A DNA stretch of 64,000 nt from Candidatus Omnitrophota bacterium (GCA_003528115.1 DOGZ01000006.1:64076-128075); one strand, 5' to 3'; positions 38,244 through 47,573 are shown, counted from the first letter of the stretch. The notes: generated by a model not told the origin, from the sequence alone. A program made the numbers and translations.

Positions 38244-39005
38244 TCAATTCGTCGATTTCTCCGCAGAATCGACTTGCATGGGAATAGGTTCTTTGAAATT
38301 TGGATCAATTTGTATTCGAACCGGTGTTTTAAGATCTTGATCCAGTTCCGCGTAATGAAACATTTCTTCCTTATATCCAAATATAAACGCGAAGAAACTC
38401 GCCGGAATCTGGCGAACACAAGCGTGAAAAACGCTGGCAGCCTTGTTATACTCCATGCGGCTGGCGGCAATGCGGTTTTCACTCTCAACAAGCGCGTCCA
38501 TCAATTTCTGAAAATTAGCGCTTAATTTAAGATCAGGGTACGCTTCGGCAATGGCCATGAATTTAGAAAGGGCATCTTCGATATTCCCCGCCTTCATTTT
38601 AGCCAATTCATTAAGGCCGTTCTTTTCGATCGCATTCAGGATCCTATCCGTCTTTTGCAAGGTGTCTGCCCGCTTGTCCGCCATATACTGGTACATCATA
38701 CGTTCATGCTGCGCATAAACAATAATCGTCTTGGCCAGATTAATCGCAAGATCTTTTCTCCTCTGGAGCTGTACCTCGATTTGGTGTTGCTCCATTTCTG
38801 TAAACCGCGAAAGTTGAATAAATTTGTTATGGTAATAAACGCCCAGGAGTATCATCACCACGGCCAGCAGAGAGGCCACAAGTCCTTCTTTCCTTTTTAA
38901 ATTACTGAAATTGATTTTTTGCCACCTATGTTTTCTTACCGGTTGGAACTCTTCCAAATCATTGGCAAAAAGTCTCTTGATTGTCTCTGATATCATCCTG
39001 CTCAT
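38244..39005 (-). CDS. mamQ: LemA-family protein (MamQ-like)
   Basis: N-terminal TM plus LemA signature (QIEVQLQRRKDLAINLAKTIIVYAQHE). The position next to mamA/mamB-like genes mirrors mamQ. Confidence 0.55.
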   Translation of the reverse strand: MSRMISETIKRLFANDLEEFQPVRKHRWQKINFSNLKRKEGLVASLLAVVMILLGVYYHNKFIQLSRFTEMEQHQIEVQLQRRKDLAINLAKTIIVYAQHERMMYQYMADKRADTLQKTDRILNAIEKNGLNELAKMKAGNIEDALSKFMAIAEAYPDLKLSANFQKLMDALVESENRIAASRMEYNKAASVFHACVRQIPASFFAFIFGYKEEMFHYAELDQDLKTPVRIQIDPNFKEPIPMQVDSAEKSTN

Positions 39006-39164
39006 GGGTTTTTCTCCCGCCTTTTTTATTTTTTCATAACTGCCCGCAAAACACGTTCAACATAAAACCCTACACAATCGCAATTCATTTCAAAGTCGGA
39101 AATCCCCTGATAAACTCAGGCTTCCAAGCAAAGTCGCCGGCCACTCCGACCCCTCAAACATTTT

Positions 39165-40013
39165 TTAAACCCTGGGTCTGTATTTTTCCCCCCCCCCCCG
39201 CTTAACTCCTCGTTGGATTCTCTCCATATCCATTGCCTTCTTGAAGCACGCCACGGCGTCCTTATGACTGCCGGAATTTTCATACAAAAATCCAAGGGCT
39301 TGATAATATACCGCCTCTCGGGGTTCGAGGTCGATGGCTTTCTTATAAAAATTCTTAGCCTCTTCAATCTGTTCAATCTTCTCGTAACAGGTGCCTAGTT
39401 GATAATAGATGTCGCTATTATCCGGCTGGAGCTCGCTAGCCTTATTAAGAAAAATGATCGCTTCAGGATAATCTTCGCTCATAAAGAGGCAATCGCCGAG
39501 TTCGCTAATAATGTCCGGGTCATCTTTATTAAGTTTTTCCGCTTTTCGCAAATAGCGCATCGCCTCTTTAGTTTGGTCCATATTTTTGTGGCACATGGCA
39601 ATCATATAGAGAATCTCGGCATCGTTCTCTTTTCCATTTTCGATATACTCGAGAAAATAGTCCTTGGCCGTCTCGTAATCGCCCTTATCAAAGTATTTGT
39701 AGCCCAGCTCCTTGTTGAAATTAACTTTGTTTTCTGCGGGCCCAACAAAAATATTCTTGTAACCTTCCGTGAGGCCGTTAATGAGCCGCTCGGTCGTCGA
39801 AAGAGATGCGAAAGCGGCAACTTGTAACTTTTGGCCGAGGGAGGGATTTCTTTTTTCTTCTTTGCCCTTTTTGTTTTTTTCGGACTTCCTTACCGTTTTT
39901 TCTTCTTTCACTTCTTCGCCTTCGTCAACTGATTCCTCTTCTTCTACCTTATCGGTTATATTGCTGTCTTTCTTCATTTCGCCGTGCCGATGATATTTTT
40001 TAAGCTGTTCCAT
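39165..40013 (-). CDS. mamA: TPR-repeat protein (MamA-like) with Lys/Glu-rich N-terminal extension
   Basis: About 5 TPR units (AKDYFLEYIENGK..., AMRYLRKAEKLNKDDP..., AIIFLNKASELQPDNS..., AKNFYKKAIDLEPREA..., AVACFKKAMDM). Adjacent to the CDF pair. Confidence 0.55.
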   Translation of the reverse strand: MEQLKKYHRHGEMKKDSNITDKVEEEESVDEGEEVKEEKTVRKSEKNKKGKEEKRNPSLGQKLQVAAFASLSTTERLINGLTEGYKNIFVGPAENKVNFNKELGYKYFDKGDYETAKDYFLEYIENGKENDAEILYMIAMCHKNMDQTKEAMRYLRKAEKLNKDDPDIISELGDCLFMSEDYPEAIIFLNKASELQPDNSDIYYQLGTCYEKIEQIEEAKNFYKKAIDLEPREAVYYQALGFLYENSGSHKDAVACFKKAMDMERIQRGVKRGGGEKYRPRV

Positions 40014-40031
40014 ATTTCCTCCATGCGTTTA

Positions 40032-40988
40032 TTAAGCGACCGGATTAAGCTGATTCTTTGCGCCCAGCGGCCTATTCGTTTTTGTAACCAAATTTTCTTT
40101 ACAAGTAAAAGAAATGGTCACCTCTTTTACTTGATTAAATCGGCGCATGATCGCCTGACGTACTTCGCGGGTTATGGCATGCCCCTCTTTAACTGTTCTT
40201 TTGGGATCGATAATAATCTCCATATCGATCCAAGCCTTCTGTCCAACCCTGCGGATATGGATATAATTTACGCCCTTGACTTGCCTGTACTGGAGCACCA
40301 CCTTCTCGATAAGCTTTCTTTTCTCACCTGGAAGCGATTCGTCAATGAGATTTTTAAAGGCCTGGAGACCTAAGATAACCGCCGACTTGGCGATCATCAA
40401 CCCGACTAGAACCGCTGCCAGCGCGTCGAGTATAGGAAAGCCGATGTTCGCCGCAAAAACCCCGAACAAAACCGCGACGCTTGATAACATATCTGACCTG
40501 TTTTCTTGGGCATTGGCAATCATGGCCGGAGAGTTCATCTTTTTCCCAGCGCAGAAACCATAAGAAGACAGGATATAGTTAGCGATGACGGCCACAAGCG
40601 CGGCAAAAAAAGCCGCCATGTGAGGAGGATGGATAACGCCGCTTGCGATCACCGCGAGCGCGTCCAAGAGAATCATACACGCTATTCCTAAAAGCAACAC
40701 GTAGGCAAAGACCGCGCCTAAAAATTCGGACTTCCCCAGACCCCAAGGATATTTTTTATCGTCCCTATGCCGCGAGAGGCCGACGGTTATAATAACCATC
40801 AAAGTGGTTACAACGTCTGTCCCGGAATGGATCCCGTCGGCGACAAGACCTTTTGACTTTGCGACATATCCTATGTATATCTGAAAAAGAGCCAGTGTCG
40901 CGTTCCCCAGGAGAACCACCCAGGGGACTATTTTTGAACATCGGATACATTTCTCTTCCATAACCAGTCGCTTACTCCTCTGGAACAA
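40032..40988 (-). CDS. mamM: cation diffusion facilitator transporter (MamM-like)
   Basis: 318 aa CDF with N-terminal CxRC (EEKCIRCSK), 6 TM and a C-terminal cytoplasmic domain. Paired with a second CDF, as mamM/mamB are. Confidence 0.55.
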   Translation of the reverse strand: MFQRSKRLVMEEKCIRCSKIVPWVVLLGNATLALFQIYIGYVAKSKGLVADGIHSGTDVVTTLMVIITVGLSRHRDDKKYPWGLGKSEFLGAVFAYVLLLGIACMILLDALAVIASGVIHPPHMAAFFAALVAVIANYILSSYGFCAGKKMNSPAMIANAQENRSDMLSSVAVLFGVFAANIGFPILDALAAVLVGLMIAKSAVILGLQAFKNLIDESLPGEKRKLIEKVVLQYRQVKGVNYIHIRRVGQKAWIDMEIIIDPKRTVKEGHAITREVRQAIMRRFNQVKEVTISFTCKENLVTKTNRPLGAKNQLNPVA

Positions 40989-41868
40989 CCTGTATAGCGA
41001 TGTTCCCTATATGTTTATCTTCACCGCGTAAATACGCCTTGACCGATTGATTTATCTTCTTCGCCTCGAGGACGCTTATCTTCGGATCCAGTTGCATGAT
41101 AACATCTAGAACAATCTGCCTTCCTGATTGACGTCCCCGCACTTGGTTAACTCTGCTTACGCCACTGACCTTAAGAATACAGTTTTTTATATTTTCAAGA
41201 TAATCAGCAGGGAGATTCGTATCCATAATGCCTTTAAGGCCTTCTTTAAGAATAGCAAAACTGCCGTGCAAGACGTGGGCGCATTCAAAAATGGCTATAG
41301 CCGGGTCAACCCAATGCATCCCTTTGCGTGTGACGATCACGCCGACAGCAACCAAAAGAGATGAGATAACATCAATCTTATTATGTTCCGCGTGCGCCTT
41401 TAACGCGGGACTGTTCAGTTCCTTGCCGCCACAATGCGCGAACTTATAGAGAAGTCCGTTGATAACAGCGCTCAAGATGGCCACAAAAAATACAACCATG
41501 TGCTGAACAATAAGAATACGTTTCGCGATAACAATGAACGAACTGAAGATGAGTGCGACCGTGCCCAAAATCATCGTGGCGCTCATTATGACCTGGGCGA
41601 TAAACTCGATTTTGCCGTAACCGTAAGGGTACCGATGATCCGCCGGCTTTTTTGAATACTTTATGCCGGTAATAACGACCACGGAGGAACTTATGTCGCT
41701 TAAATTACACAAGCCGCTTCCGATTAAGGCGCGACTGCGTCCCAAAAAACCGACGAAAAGCTTAAAGGCCGCGAGAAAAAGATTCGCCAGAAGTCCCAAC
41801 AGGATGGTCTTACGCGCGCAGGCCTCACATTTTTCCGGATTTTTTGTTGACTCATGCCTCATCTTCAA
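40972..41868 (-). CDS. mamB: cation diffusion facilitator transporter (MamB-like)
   Basis: 298 aa CDF. N-terminal CEAC. KPADHRYPYGYGKIEF and NSPALKAHAEHNKIDVISS closely resemble recalled MamB blocks (KPADERYPFGYGN..., NSPAIIANAWDNRSDAISS). Confidence 0.6.
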   Translation of the reverse strand: MKMRHESTKNPEKCEACARKTILLGLLANLFLAAFKLFVGFLGRSRALIGSGLCNLSDISSSVVVITGIKYSKKPADHRYPYGYGKIEFIAQVIMSATMILGTVALIFSSFIVIAKRILIVQHMVVFFVAILSAVINGLLYKFAHCGGKELNSPALKAHAEHNKIDVISSLLVAVGVIVTRKGMHWVDPAIAIFECAHVLHGSFAILKEGLKGIMDTNLPADYLENIKNCILKVSGVSRVNQVRGRQSGRQIVLDVIMQLDPKISVLEAKKINQSVKAYLRGEDKHIGNIAIQVVPEE

Positions 41869-42127
41869 ACAGTTCCTCGTCCTCTTCCACCAATTCGCTT
41901 AATTTCCGTTTCTTCTTCATCTTAGCGCCAATGTGGACCATAAACCAAAATATGTTTGACGCGCCAATCAGGTACGAAATCAATATGATAACGATCAACC
42001 CGCATTGCCGACCTCTAAAAAGCGGTATCCATATCGGAACGGGCGTGAGATTCTCAAAGATAAACATGCCCAAAAAGGTAAGGATCAAAAGCAGCGCGAT
42101 TATCTTCAATACCGTCTTTATCTTCAT
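41852..42127 (-). CDS. small 2-TM membrane protein with basic then acidic C-terminal tail (MamL-like candidate)
   Basis: 91 aa, two hydrophobic helices, KMKKKRK then EEDEELFEDEA tail. Overlaps the mamB-like start. Confidence 0.4.
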   Translation of the reverse strand: MKIKTVLKIIALLLILTFLGMFIFENLTPVPIWIPLFRGRQCGLIVIILISYLIGASNIFWFMVHIGAKMKKKRKLSELVEEDEELFEDEA

Positions 42128-42221
42128 AAAGATCTCTTCCTCTGGCCAGCCTCCCTAGGGTAGACCTCCCATTTTACTTTCTATTCTAATGAAAGGTTCG
42201 TCCTGTCATAGGACGGCCTTG

Positions 42222-43373
42222 TTATTTCTTTAAAATGATATGACACGTGTTGCATTTACCGCGATATTCATGCGGAGGAATCGCCCCCCTAGTTATCGGC
42301 GGCGGGTTAGGCAATATGTCCCCCGCGTCTGTCGGAAGTTGACCGCCGGTCGCCATAAAAATATGGCAAGCCGTACATGGCTGATGCCTGATGCGATGCG
42401 GACTTAAGGCATTTGGCGTTATGGGTTGGGCAGCCTCATTTTGTGAAAATCCCAGTGTCCTTGTTGATGAGAATGTAAATTCCAGTAATTGCCCGCGCCG
42501 GGAAACGAGTATTTTTGCTTTATACCTATTTTTCACTCTTCTCGTGGCTTCGGTAAAGGCAATGAGGTCTGGTGTGGCAATCCGATTTACAGCAACGACC
42601 ACATCTCCCGCCAATATCCCGGATTCAGCGGACTCAAGCGATATCTCATCAACGAGAAGCCCATTGATTTCCGCAGGAACCTGATATTCCTTGGCCAACT
42701 CCGGTGTAAGCGGAATAAGTTCGATCCCGAGCCAGTGCCCCTCAATGAGTTCTTTGTGGACGGCGCCCTGTTCTCTCGGGCTAGGGAGTTTCAAGGGAGG
42801 AGTATTCTGGCCGCCCATAATCGCTCCTGCCTCGCCGGCAGCCGGACCTGCCTCGGCTGTTTCAGCAGGCGAACGATTCGCAAACGCTGCCTGCGTCATC
42901 CCCTGAGGAATACCGGCAGTACCGGTAATCGCCGCATCAAGATTCAGCGCTTTTTTATCGTTGATTCCTAATTTATTTTCCATGGTAATATAAAGCGGCT
43001 GCCCATTGCGCAGCATATCCAAAAGGACGCCCGTCTCTAAGTTTGCCGCCTTGGCTCCTTTAAGAAATTCAGATATGTTCTTTACTTTTTTATTGTTAAT
43101 CGCCTTCAAAAGGTCGCCGCCGAGCACGCCTGCCGAATAGGCCGGGTCCTCACTCCAGTTGACAACGACACCTTGCTCATCTTTGGGAATGTTGAACTCC
43201 ATCCTAAGCGCGGGCGTGATGTTTGAGACCGACATACCGGCCCACTCGGCATCACCAGCGCCTATATGCATAAGCGCTGCCATAAAGAAAAGCGCCATGG
43301 CTCCAAGCGTTAGGAGAAGAAGAAATCTCTGTCTATTTTTGTGACGGTGTTGGTTAAGTTTATCAGGCATCAA
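42222..43373 (-). CDS. PDZ-domain protein with two C-terminal CXXCH magnetochrome-like motifs (MamP / MamE-Cter-like)
   Basis: N-terminal TM, two PDZ-like regions, then SPHRIRHQPCTACH and PPHEYRGKCNTCH (P-x-H-x5-6-C-x-x-C-H). Confidence 0.6.
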   Translation of the reverse strand: MMPDKLNQHRHKNRQRFLLLLTLGAMALFFMAALMHIGAGDAEWAGMSVSNITPALRMEFNIPKDEQGVVVNWSEDPAYSAGVLGGDLLKAINNKKVKNISEFLKGAKAANLETGVLLDMLRNGQPLYITMENKLGINDKKALNLDAAITGTAGIPQGMTQAAFANRSPAETAEAGPAAGEAGAIMGGQNTPPLKLPSPREQGAVHKELIEGHWLGIELIPLTPELAKEYQVPAEINGLLVDEISLESAESGILAGDVVVAVNRIATPDLIAFTEATRRVKNRYKAKILVSRRGQLLEFTFSSTRTLGFSQNEAAQPITPNALSPHRIRHQPCTACHIFMATGGQLPTDAGDILPNPPPITRGAIPPHEYRGKCNTCHIILKK

Positions 43374-43382
43374 TACGTTGTA

Positions 43383-43646
43383 TTATTTTGAGGTTGTTTT
43401 AGGTTTAAGTTCAATACGCTCGATAGCGGTATTGCATTCCTTGCAGACCCAAAGCTGTCTCTTGGCTCCCATCATATATAAACCAATCACAAAGAGTGGA
43501 ATCCCTAAAACCGCGCCGATCCAAAAAAGCGTCGCGAAAACACCGCCCGCGACTAAAAATCCTCCAACTTTCCTACTATAGCGAGGTCCTGTATAAGACT
43601 GCATCTCGCCATTACAAAGCGAACAAATTAAAGGCTTGTTTGTCAT
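43383..43646 (-). CDS. small membrane protein with split zinc-ribbon (CSLC...CKEC) flanking a TM hairpin
   Basis: 87 aa. CxxC at residues 8-11 and 68-71, two TM helices between. Confidence 0.4.
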   Translation of the reverse strand: MTNKPLICSLCNGEMQSYTGPRYSRKVGGFLVAGGVFATLFWIGAVLGIPLFVIGLYMMGAKRQLWVCKECNTAIERIELKPKTTSK

Positions 43647-43909
43647 CTCTCCCTCTTTTTCATGGTTTCATTGTAATCGTGACGAGTAATCAATTCATCA
43701 ATGGCTTTTTCTTTTTCGACGTCAATAACCTCTTGAGCTCTTTCTTCGGTGTGTTCTGCAACAATTTCTTGCCCCTTCATCGTCTTATCGCTTGAAACGC
43801 TCTTAGAAGTTGTGCAAGATGGTCCGTTGGGTTTTTTAGTAACGATGGACACTATCGCGCCCGCTGTCATTGATATAACAATAACTCCCAAGATCGAAAA
43901 TGGCTCCAT
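43643..43909 (-). CDS. small single-TM protein with charged C-terminal tail
   Basis: 88 aa. N-terminal TM (FSILGVIVISMTAGAIVSIV), K/E-rich tail. Confidence 0.35.
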   Translation of the reverse strand: MEPFSILGVIVISMTAGAIVSIVTKKPNGPSCTTSKSVSSDKTMKGQEIVAEHTEERAQEVIDVEKEKAIDELITRHDYNETMKKRER

Positions 43910-43969
43910 GCTTTTCCTCCTCGTTAACCCACGTTAATAACATTTATGAGCCTGCCTTAATATAAACGC

Positions 43970-45472
43970 TCAATTGCCGCCACCAATGACGACGTGCGCG
44001 GTGTTTGGGTCCTGCATTACGTTATTCTGCGTCTGACTATTTTGCATCCTGCTCTGAATATTCTGCGCGCCCGCCGGGGTTCCCAATTGATGGCAATTGG
44101 TGCATGATCCCCGGTACTCATGAGGCATAATGATAGGGGGTGCAACTGCTGCCCCTTGCGGTGTGCCCTGGGCCACAAAACCTGCATTTTGCGTCATAGC
44201 GACCTGGTTTGTAAAATTACCGGTACCGCCAAAGCCTAACGGAGCCGCATTGTTTGGGATATTTTGATTCTGCGAATACGCGCCACCTTGTGCCATAATC
44301 TGGTCACAGTTAGGGCATCGAGGATACGGATCGTTTGGATCTTTCTGGGCATACATCCTCCAGTTACAATTTGGACAGAGAAAAAAACCGGTTGATTCAG
44401 GGCCCTGCCAAAAATTTGGCTGGTTGGTCATCTGGTTCATCTGGGGCCGAAGTTGTGTCATATCTGCCGCCCATTGCCCTTCTGACCACCACTTCCCGAT
44501 TTTATTCTGGTTAGACATATCGAGGGCCAAGGGAGAAGCACAGTTCGGACAATTCGGAAAGTTATTCCCCTGACGGGTCGCTTTCATTCGCCAATTACAA
44601 TTCGGACAAACAAAAGCCTGTTGCCCCCAACCAAAAGCGGCCTGAGTCCCCGCCGTAGCAAAATTATTCCCCATGCCCATACCATCCATCACGCCTTTGT
44701 TGTATATGTCCTGTGTTCCCCAGCCGGCTGGCACCCCACCATATATGCCGCCGCCCTGCATTCGATTCGGAATTGGGCAGAAATAATTGTTCATTCCCAT
44801 GCCCTGCATATCCTGCATTCCCCAACCAGTTTGTGTTGCTTGTTGTGCGACATTTTGCTGCATCATCAGTGTTCCTTGCCCGTGGACTGCTTGCGCATTG
44901 CCCCAAGTCGGTTGAGGCGTTTGCATTATCGGTGAAATTTGGGGAATATTCGCCGTAGGTTGCGGTACTTGTGCTATCCGGGCTTGCCGATAAAGCTTGA
45001 TGACATTGCGCGTCTGACCTTGATACCCGCCAAACACCCGTATGTCGAATTGCAAAAGAATGTTATAACTTTGCTGGTCTATGCTTCCTACGATAACGGC
45101 TTCCTCCCCTTTGCCGGCTATTAAATACGCGATCTGAGGATTAGGCTCCGCGCCACGATAAGGATTCTTTATGGCCTCAACGAGTTTTCTTGACAAAGGA
45201 TCGACCACCAAAAAGAAGCTCGCCTCAGACAATGTCGCGGATACATTTGAAGCCAAAGACGGTCCGTCCGTAGCAACAACGATTTTCCCGCAGGCGGGAT
45301 TTCCCAGTCTTGAATTCTGGGATCCAGGTGAGAATAGGGCATACACACCGACGACTAATACAAAAACAATTGCGCCAAAAATAAAATAAGTATTTAAGTC
45401 GGTATTTCTTACACGCGCTGTGAATTCCTCAAAGAATGTCTTGATGATTTTCTCTTGGGGTTTCTTTACCAT
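43970..45472 (-). CDS. mosaic protein: TM + NifX/NifB-like (FeMo-cofactor-binding-fold) domain + Gln/Gly/Met-rich region + two CPNC...CPNC zinc-ribbon pairs + C-terminal magnetochrome-like CXXCH
   Basis: GKIVVATDGPSLASNVSATLSEASFFLVVDP...AYLIAGKGEEAVIVGSI resembles the dinitrogenase FeMo-cofactor-binding fold. CPNCNWRM...CPNC occurs twice. C-terminal MPHEYRGSCTNCHQ. Confidence 0.55.
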   Translation of the reverse strand: MVKKPQEKIIKTFFEEFTARVRNTDLNTYFIFGAIVFVLVVGVYALFSPGSQNSRLGNPACGKIVVATDGPSLASNVSATLSEASFFLVVDPLSRKLVEAIKNPYRGAEPNPQIAYLIAGKGEEAVIVGSIDQQSYNILLQFDIRVFGGYQGQTRNVIKLYRQARIAQVPQPTANIPQISPIMQTPQPTWGNAQAVHGQGTLMMQQNVAQQATQTGWGMQDMQGMGMNNYFCPIPNRMQGGGIYGGVPAGWGTQDIYNKGVMDGMGMGNNFATAGTQAAFGWGQQAFVCPNCNWRMKATRQGNNFPNCPNCASPLALDMSNQNKIGKWWSEGQWAADMTQLRPQMNQMTNQPNFWQGPESTGFFLCPNCNWRMYAQKDPNDPYPRCPNCDQIMAQGGAYSQNQNIPNNAAPLGFGGTGNFTNQVAMTQNAGFVAQGTPQGAAVAPPIIMPHEYRGSCTNCHQLGTPAGAQNIQSRMQNSQTQNNVMQDPNTAHVVIGGGN

Positions 45473-45526
45473 AATTCTCTCCTCATCTGATATATCGACA
45501 TCAGCAATTCATAAGAACTGATAATA

Positions 45527-46117
45527 TCACTTAAAAACAGGACCGTACTGAAACACTTTTCCAGAAAACGGCGAACCAAGCTGCCAACTCCCCTTATTTG
45601 GTCCTAAAAGCGGGCCGTATTGATATTCGAAGGGGATGGCTATATATAAAGTCTTTCCATCCCGATTAATGTCTAAGAGAATTCCTTCCGTATATTGAAC
45701 ACTATTAGCCACTTTGACAAAGGCACGGGCCGTCGCAACGGGCTTCCGGCCAATGGCGACGATAACATCACCGGTCTTTACTCCGTATTTTTGGGCCAAT
45801 TGTTTTCCCTCATCAATAACGAACATCCCTTTGATTTTAGCCTGGATATTGAATTCCTTCCTGATACTCCGTGAAAGAGGGGCCAGCTCCATACCGACCC
45901 ACATCAAGCTGTCTCCTTTTTCAATAACCATGCCTTTTGTCACTTCCTTTGGTTCCTGCTTCTCTGGAAGGATCTCTAAGGAAGATAATAATCGGAAAAA
46001 GACAATGATCCCGAAGACCACGATACCGGCAAAATACCACGGCTTTTCTAACGCAAAATCTTTAACCTGTTTTTGAAATTTTTTAAATGTAGGATTCGCC
46101 CTGGACTTTGTGTTCAT
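45527..46117 (-). CDS. membrane-anchored PDZ-domain protein
   Basis: N-terminal TM plus PDZ (GMFVIDEGKQLAQKYGVKTGDVIVAIGRKPV). Confidence 0.55.
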   Translation of the reverse strand: MNTKSRANPTFKKFQKQVKDFALEKPWYFAGIVVFGIIVFFRLLSSLEILPEKQEPKEVTKGMVIEKGDSLMWVGMELAPLSRSIRKEFNIQAKIKGMFVIDEGKQLAQKYGVKTGDVIVAIGRKPVATARAFVKVANSVQYTEGILLDINRDGKTLYIAIPFEYQYGPLLGPNKGSWQLGSPFSGKVFQYGPVFK

Positions 46118-47517
46118 TGTAATTTTATTAACACCTCATCGACCTTACCGTTTCTAAGGACACGCACGTTGACGTTGTCCCCAGTCTTAAAATGCGCGAC
46201 TATTTTTGGAATATCGTCTTTCCCGGTAATCGGCACACCGGCTACCGCGACAATGATGTCTCCGCGTTGGATACCGGCAAAACTGGCTGGAGATTCGTCA
46301 ATAACTCTATTGACTAAAACACCCTGCCGCTCGGTAATCCCGAACTGTCGCGCTATGACAGCGTCCACCGGCATGACCTCAATCCCAAAATGAACAGGAA
46401 TTGGGGCTTTTTGCGTCTTATTAAGATCCCTAAAGTCTCCGACCAGCATCCCTTTTTGATCAACTGGGAATGAATAGTTCTTGCCGAGATTTTCCGCAAG
46501 AAAATCTTTACAGTCATTGATCGGTATGGCAAACCCTGTCCCGCTAAAAACTCCTGTCGGCGCGTAAATAGCCGTATTGATTCCAATAACCTCTCCTCTT
46601 AAATTAACAAGGGGGCCTCCGGATGATCCTCGGTTTATGGGCGTGTCCGTCTGAAAAAGGTTTTTATACCGAACACCTTCAATCGCGATGGATTTCCGTA
46701 TGCCGCTGATAATCCCGCTGGTAACTGTCTGCTCAATACCAAAAGGGCTGCCCACGGCGATGACATAATCACCTAACTGGCTGAAACTGGAATCCCCTAA
46801 TTTCGCTTCGGGAAATGGGCCGTCGGCTTTGACTTTAATAAGGACCAGGTCGTTGTCGGGATCCTGCGCGATAATATCCGCGTGATAATCACGGGGAGGC
46901 GTACCAAAGATTGTTACAACGATATCCGTTGCATCGTGGGTCACATGACAGTTCGTCAGCACATATCCTCGTTCATCAACAATGACGCCCGCGCCGATAT
47001 TCTCGTATCCTTTATTTTCAATAAATTTATCAACACTACCGTCAAACGAAGGGATAAATTTTAAATTTTGCGCATCGATGGCTTGCCGATTGCCGGGTGA
47101 ACGAACAATTCTTCGGGCATGCACGTCACACACGGAAGGGATGACAGCATTAACAGCGTCTTTCAATGAATTCTGAAAAACGCTGTGTGATGAATTGGCC
47201 ACAAGCTGCATATTCCCGTAGGGTGTTGCCTTAGTGATGCCCGCGAGTGCATAATCCCCGGCAGATTGTGGACTGTTCACGGCGGCCTGCGTAACCGCTT
47301 TGGGGAAGGACGGCTCACCGGTAATAGGAGAAGTGACCTTGGGCACGCGCTCCTTTTCCATCTCAACCCCTTGAATGATATCTTCCCTCTTCATCATAAC
47401 CCAAAAAACTAACATGACGCAGATAAGAGCCACGCCGGCAATCCAGGGACCGATCGGTTGATTACAAAATTGACCTCTGTTTTCATCCATCACATAAACT
47501 CCGCTGTCCGTCCCCAA
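46114..47517 (-). CDS. trypsin-like serine protease (HtrA/DegP family) with C-terminal PDZ (MamE-Nter / MamO-like)
   Basis: Catalytic triad context: TNCHVTHDAT (His), DLVLIKV (Asp), GSSGGPLVN (Ser). PDZ at the C-terminus. N-terminal TM. No CXXCH, so the magnetochrome part appears to be encoded separately (42222..43373). Confidence 0.7.
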   Translation of the reverse strand: MGTDSGVYVMDENRGQFCNQPIGPWIAGVALICVMLVFWVMMKREDIIQGVEMEKERVPKVTSPITGEPSFPKAVTQAAVNSPQSAGDYALAGITKATPYGNMQLVANSSHSVFQNSLKDAVNAVIPSVCDVHARRIVRSPGNRQAIDAQNLKFIPSFDGSVDKFIENKGYENIGAGVIVDERGYVLTNCHVTHDATDIVVTIFGTPPRDYHADIIAQDPDNDLVLIKVKADGPFPEAKLGDSSFSQLGDYVIAVGSPFGIEQTVTSGIISGIRKSIAIEGVRYKNLFQTDTPINRGSSGGPLVNLRGEVIGINTAIYAPTGVFSGTGFAIPINDCKDFLAENLGKNYSFPVDQKGMLVGDFRDLNKTQKAPIPVHFGIEVMPVDAVIARQFGITERQGVLVNRVIDESPASFAGIQRGDIIVAVAGVPITGKDDIPKIVAHFKTGDNVNVRVLRNGKVDEVLIKLQ

Positions 47518-47573
47518 CCGGTCTATTGCAAATTTGTTGCTTAGTTTTCCCGGTAGAGTTTCTCACATAACAA

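Noticed and set aside
38300-38340. tRNA-like GTTCGAACC segment
   Set aside because: It lies inside the LemA/MamQ-like coding sequence and has no cloverleaf partners (acceptor/anticodon arms) around it.
42128-42221. Short hairpin (cgtcct/aggacg) between the MamL-like and MamP-like genes, as an intra-operon terminator
   Set aside because: The stem is only 6 bp with a weak U-tract, and the genes on both sides are co-oriented and tightly linked. At most it is an attenuator. It is not reported as a feature.
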